A DNA stretch of 64,000 nucleotides. Source: an uncultured delta proteobacterium. GTDB lineage: Bacteria; Desulfobacterota; Binatia; UBA9968. The translations under genes and the position numbers were made by a program. Location of the stretch: NCBI GenBank assembly GCA_963760795.1, contig CAVXEP010000028.1, forward strand, positions 43,650-107,649, in the 5' to 3' direction. The notes beneath the pieces were generated by a model. The model was not told the origin of the DNA. It ran no database searches and saw only the letters and a list, made by a program, of their open reading frames with translations. Position 1 is the stretch's first letter. Each line of letters starts with the position of its first letter. Below, piece by piece: positions 60,942 through 64,000 of this stretch.

Positions 60942-62141
60942 TTAGCTGGTTGGCGCCGGCGTTTGGTCCTGTTTCAGACGACGGACTAAAAGCACGCCCA
61001 GGAGAAACAGCGCCGTCGACCCCAATGAACCGACGACAAACACGCTAGCTATCCCGGTGGCGTGAGCGATGAAGCCTCCGATCGAAGGACCAAGGATGTT
61101 ACCCATGTCGCCGGCGGCGTTGTAGACCCCCGAGGCAAGACCGCGGCGGACCTTTGACTCCGGCACGTCTTGGACCAAGCCGACGGCGTTGGCGACGACG
61201 ACGATGGCGCGCATAAATCCCGACGCGACATAGACAAATAGAATAGTGCCAAAGCCGGTGAACAGCGGCACCAGCATCAAGATCAAAGACTGCAGCGGCA
61301 AGCCGAAATACGACAGCCCTTTGTGCCCCAGCTTATTCACCACATGGCCGCTGATCGGCCGGGTCACGGCATTGCAACCGGCGTAGGCAGCTCGAATGAT
61401 GCCGATTTGGGTCAAGCTCATGCCCACACCCAACCCATAGAGCGAGATGAACACGCCGCCCATTTGATGCAGCAGGTTCAAGAACAGCGCGACCAAGACC
61501 ACGGTCGCCAATTCGGGTTCGAGTAATGCCTTGCAAGATTCCCGCACACTGAGTTTTGCCGCTTCGTTGCGTTTGCCCTGGGACGCGGCATCTCCAGTCG
61601 GGCCATGCAAAAACCACAACAGAGCCACAGCGACGAAGGACAGCAACGCGCCCAACTGAAAGGTCCAGGAATAACCCCAATGGTCGGCGATCAATCCGCC
61701 GAGGAAATTTCCCGTGGAGTATCCCACGGCCAGACAGCCGACGTAGTAACCCATGGCATGATTGCGGTTTTCATCGGCTGCCAGCGAGTCGACGTAGAAG
61801 GCCATGTAAAGCGTGGTCACCGCGCTGTAAGCGAAACCGTTAAGACAATGCACCAGCGCGAAGGACCAACTACTTGCGGCAAAGCTATAACAGTAATTGG
61901 TCAGCCCCATCGCCATGACCGCGGCGGACACCAGCCAGCGGGCATTCCCGCGGTTGTAGAGCATGCCGATGGGCAAGCGCGCCATCAACGCGAAGACCGG
62001 ACCGAGCGATATCAATGTGCCGATCAGCGCCACTGGAATACGCATGTTGTCGAGATAGGGCGGAATCACCGTCGACGACGAGTTGCTCTGGAGCGTCACC
62101 GCGACTATTGGCACCAGGAGCTTGAACGTGCTGAGTTTCAT
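60942..62141 (-). CDS. MFS transporter
   Basis: About 12 hydrophobic segments; GGLIADHWG, RGLASGVYN, ILGPSIGG. Confidence 0.88.
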   Translation of the reverse strand: MKLSTFKLLVPIVAVTLQSNSSSTVIPPYLDNMRIPVALIGTLISLGPVFALMARLPIGMLYNRGNARWLVSAAVMAMGLTNYCYSFAASSWSFALVHCLNGFAYSAVTTLYMAFYVDSLAADENRNHAMGYYVGCLAVGYSTGNFLGGLIADHWGYSWTFQLGALLSFVAVALLWFLHGPTGDAASQGKRNEAAKLSVRESCKALLEPELATVVLVALFLNLLHQMGGVFISLYGLGVGMSLTQIGIIRAAYAGCNAVTRPISGHVVNKLGHKGLSYFGLPLQSLILMLVPLFTGFGTILFVYVASGFMRAIVVVANAVGLVQDVPESKVRRGLASGVYNAAGDMGNILGPSIGGFIAHATGIASVFVVGSLGSTALFLLGVLLVRRLKQDQTPAPTS

Positions 62142-62193
62142 ATCCCATCAGTTATTCGCTAAAACTTTTCCGGCTTCAACCGAACGGCTGGAA

Positions 62194-62267
62194 AGATTTC
62201 TCCCAGGAGTCGAAATGACACCTGACAATGATTCGATGTCTGTCATCTCGAACGAAGTGAGAGATCT
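62194..62267. repeat. REP-like inverted pair of the TGTCAT...ATCT type
   Basis: AGATTTCTCCCAGGAGTCGAAATGACA ... TGTCATCTCGAACGAAGTGAGAGATCT; same family as 44501-44527. Confidence 0.7.
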
Positions 62268-62351
62268 CGTCTGCAAATTGAAACCAGTCATCAGTCGTTA
62301 GACATTCGCCGCCCCTTCAGGTAAAAATTCCCGCCAAGGAGAATTTTTCTC

Positions 62352-63236
62352 ATGGATTTAATCCGCTCATGGATGTTCGTGCCGGGACACCGGCAAAAGA
62401 TGATCGACAAAGCGCTCGGCTTGAACGCCGACGCGATCATGCTGGATATCGAAGACGGCGTCGCGCCCAATGAAAAGGACTCAGCCCGCAAGAATATCGG
62501 CGCGTCATTGGGCCGCACAAAAGCGCCCGGCTCCCCGGCCCGCTACGTGCGCATCAACTCCATCGGCCATCCGTGGATGGACGCCGATCTGGCAGCAGTT
62601 GTACGGCCGGGCTTGGAAGGCTTGGTCTGCCCGAAAGTCGACACCGTCGACGATGTGCGAAAAGTCGACGCCATGCTCAACGACATGGAACCGAAGAACA
62701 AAATGGCCAAGGGCAGCGTCCGGCTGCTGATCGCCATCGAAAGCCCCAAAGGACTGTTCAATGCTCCGGCCATCGCCGCCGCGTCATCCCGCATCGTCGG
62801 GATTATTTTTGGCACGGAAGACTTCGGCCGCGAGATCGGCTTACCCGCGATTCGCGAGGGTGAAGCGCGGGATTTAATCTATGCCCGTTCCGCCATCGTC
62901 GTCGCCGCCGCCGCAGCGCATGTGCAAGCGGTCGACGGGGTATGGGTCGATCTCAACGACAGCGCAGGGTTGCACAGCTTCGCCAAGCAATCGCGCCAGC
63001 TCGGCTTCTCCGCCATGTCCTGCATCCATCCTGGGCAAGTCGAAGCGATCAATACCATCTTCAGCCCAACGGCAGCCGAAATCGACTACTGCCAAAAGGT
63101 CCTGCAAGCCTTCGAAGAAGCCAACGCCCGCGGCGACGGCTCGATCGCCTTCGGCGGCCAGCTCATCGACCGCCCCATCGTCGAACGCGCCCGGCGCACC
63201 ATCGACATGGCGAAGTCGTTGGGAATGATTCAATAG
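62352..63236 (+). CDS. CitE/HpcH-family CoA-ester lyase
   Basis: RSWMFVPG, LDIEDGVA, YVRIN, IESPKG, FGTEDF, CIHPGQ, GQLIDRP. Confidence 0.92.
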   Translation: MDLIRSWMFVPGHRQKMIDKALGLNADAIMLDIEDGVAPNEKDSARKNIGASLGRTKAPGSPARYVRINSIGHPWMDADLAAVVRPGLEGLVCPKVDTVDDVRKVDAMLNDMEPKNKMAKGSVRLLIAIESPKGLFNAPAIAAASSRIVGIIFGTEDFGREIGLPAIREGEARDLIYARSAIVVAAAAAHVQAVDGVWVDLNDSAGLHSFAKQSRQLGFSAMSCIHPGQVEAINTIFSPTAAEIDYCQKVLQAFEEANARGDGSIAFGGQLIDRPIVERARRTIDMAKSLGMIQ

Positions 63237-63270
63237 ATCGCCCACGACAACGTCAATAAGGATAGAATCG

Positions 63271-64000
63271 ATGAAATTGAAGCTTCCATTAATGCTACTC
63301 GGCATAGGCTGCCTCACCATGGGCGCCGCCGCGCCGGTGCGCATGACGCCGGTGAAAATCACCGACGGCGTTTACATGATGCAGCATTCCGGCGGCTCGG
63401 GAAATGCAACCGTCGTTTTCACTGACGACGGCGTGGTGGTGCTCGACTTCGCAATCGACAGCGCCGACCAAACCATGGCGTTCATCCGCAAGACCACCGA
63501 TAAGAAAGTTAAGTACCTGATCACATCCCATAGCGCCGGCGACCACGCGACTGGGTCATGGCATTTTCGCGAAGACAAACCGGTCTGGATCGCCACCAAA
63601 AATCAAGTACACGACCTGCAGATGCAGGAGCGCAAAGAATTCGAAGAGCGCAAGAATCTTGGCGATGCGCGTTCGGCGGTCTACCAGGGCAAAGAGCTGG
63701 GGCAACCGGATATCGGCATCGACGGGCCGATGACGCTTTACTTCGGCGGTCTGACCTTTCAGATCACGCCCGAGGCGCGCGGCCATAGCACCGGCGATCT
63801 GACGGTTTACATCCCGCAAAAGCGCGTCATGTTAATGGGCGATCTCCTCAACACCGAAATCCATCCGGGGCAAGGCGAGTCCGCCGGGGTATTTTTTTCC
63901 AACGTCAAAGGCTGGATTCAGATCCTCGACAACATCATGGCGCGCCACCTGCCGGTGGAGACTTTCGTTCCCGGCCACGGGCCAGCCCATATCGGCCGCG
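63271..64000 (+). CDS. secreted MBL-fold metallo-hydrolase (partial, runs off window)
   Basis: Manual translation: signal peptide, DDGVVVLD, ITSHSAGDH, GHSTGDL, MGDL, VPGHG. Confidence 0.85.
   Translation, partial: MKLKLPLMLLGIGCLTMGAAAPVRMTPVKITDGVYMMQHSGGSGNATVVFTDDGVVVLDFAIDSADQTMAFIRKTTDKKVKYLITSHSAGDHATGSWHFREDKPVWIATKNQVHDLQMQERKEFEERKNLGDARSAVYQGKELGQPDIGIDGPMTLYFGGLTFQITPEARGHSTGDLTVYIPQKRVMLMGDLLNTEIHPGQGESAGVFFSNVKGWIQILDNIMARHLPVETFVPGHGPAHIGR

Overview
High-GC bacterial chromosome segment. Gene order and paralog content suggest a deltaproteobacterium-like organism, plausibly Candidatus Binatia; this is inference only. Bases 1-22.2 kb are core genes: ilvC(part)/ilvN/ilvB, tsaB-rseP-dxr-cdsA-uppS-frr-pyrH-tsf-rpsB, rho, rluD, ribF, a complete tol-pal locus, then pgk-tpiA-secG-tRNA-Leu(GAG). 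Bases 22.2-64 kb are an accessory catabolic and envelope region: UbiD, adenine deaminase, amidohydrolases, hydantoinase A/B, LLM and OCD enzymes, solute-binding proteins, and a CoA-transferase/MaoC/acyl-CoA dehydrogenase/CitE cluster. Highlights missed by the ORF track are: (1) a UxxC peroxiredoxin-like selenoprotein with an in-frame UGA and a SECIS hairpin; (2) a divergent LspA-like membrane protein with altered catalytic motifs; (3) a candidate guanidine riboswitch before a Gdx/SugE gene; (4) a sigma-54 promoter driving an excisionase-like HTH gene just after the tRNA; (5) two families of intergenic repeats. Many genes carry apparent single-base insertions, probably assembly errors. No CRISPR, rRNA, integrase or transposase was seen.
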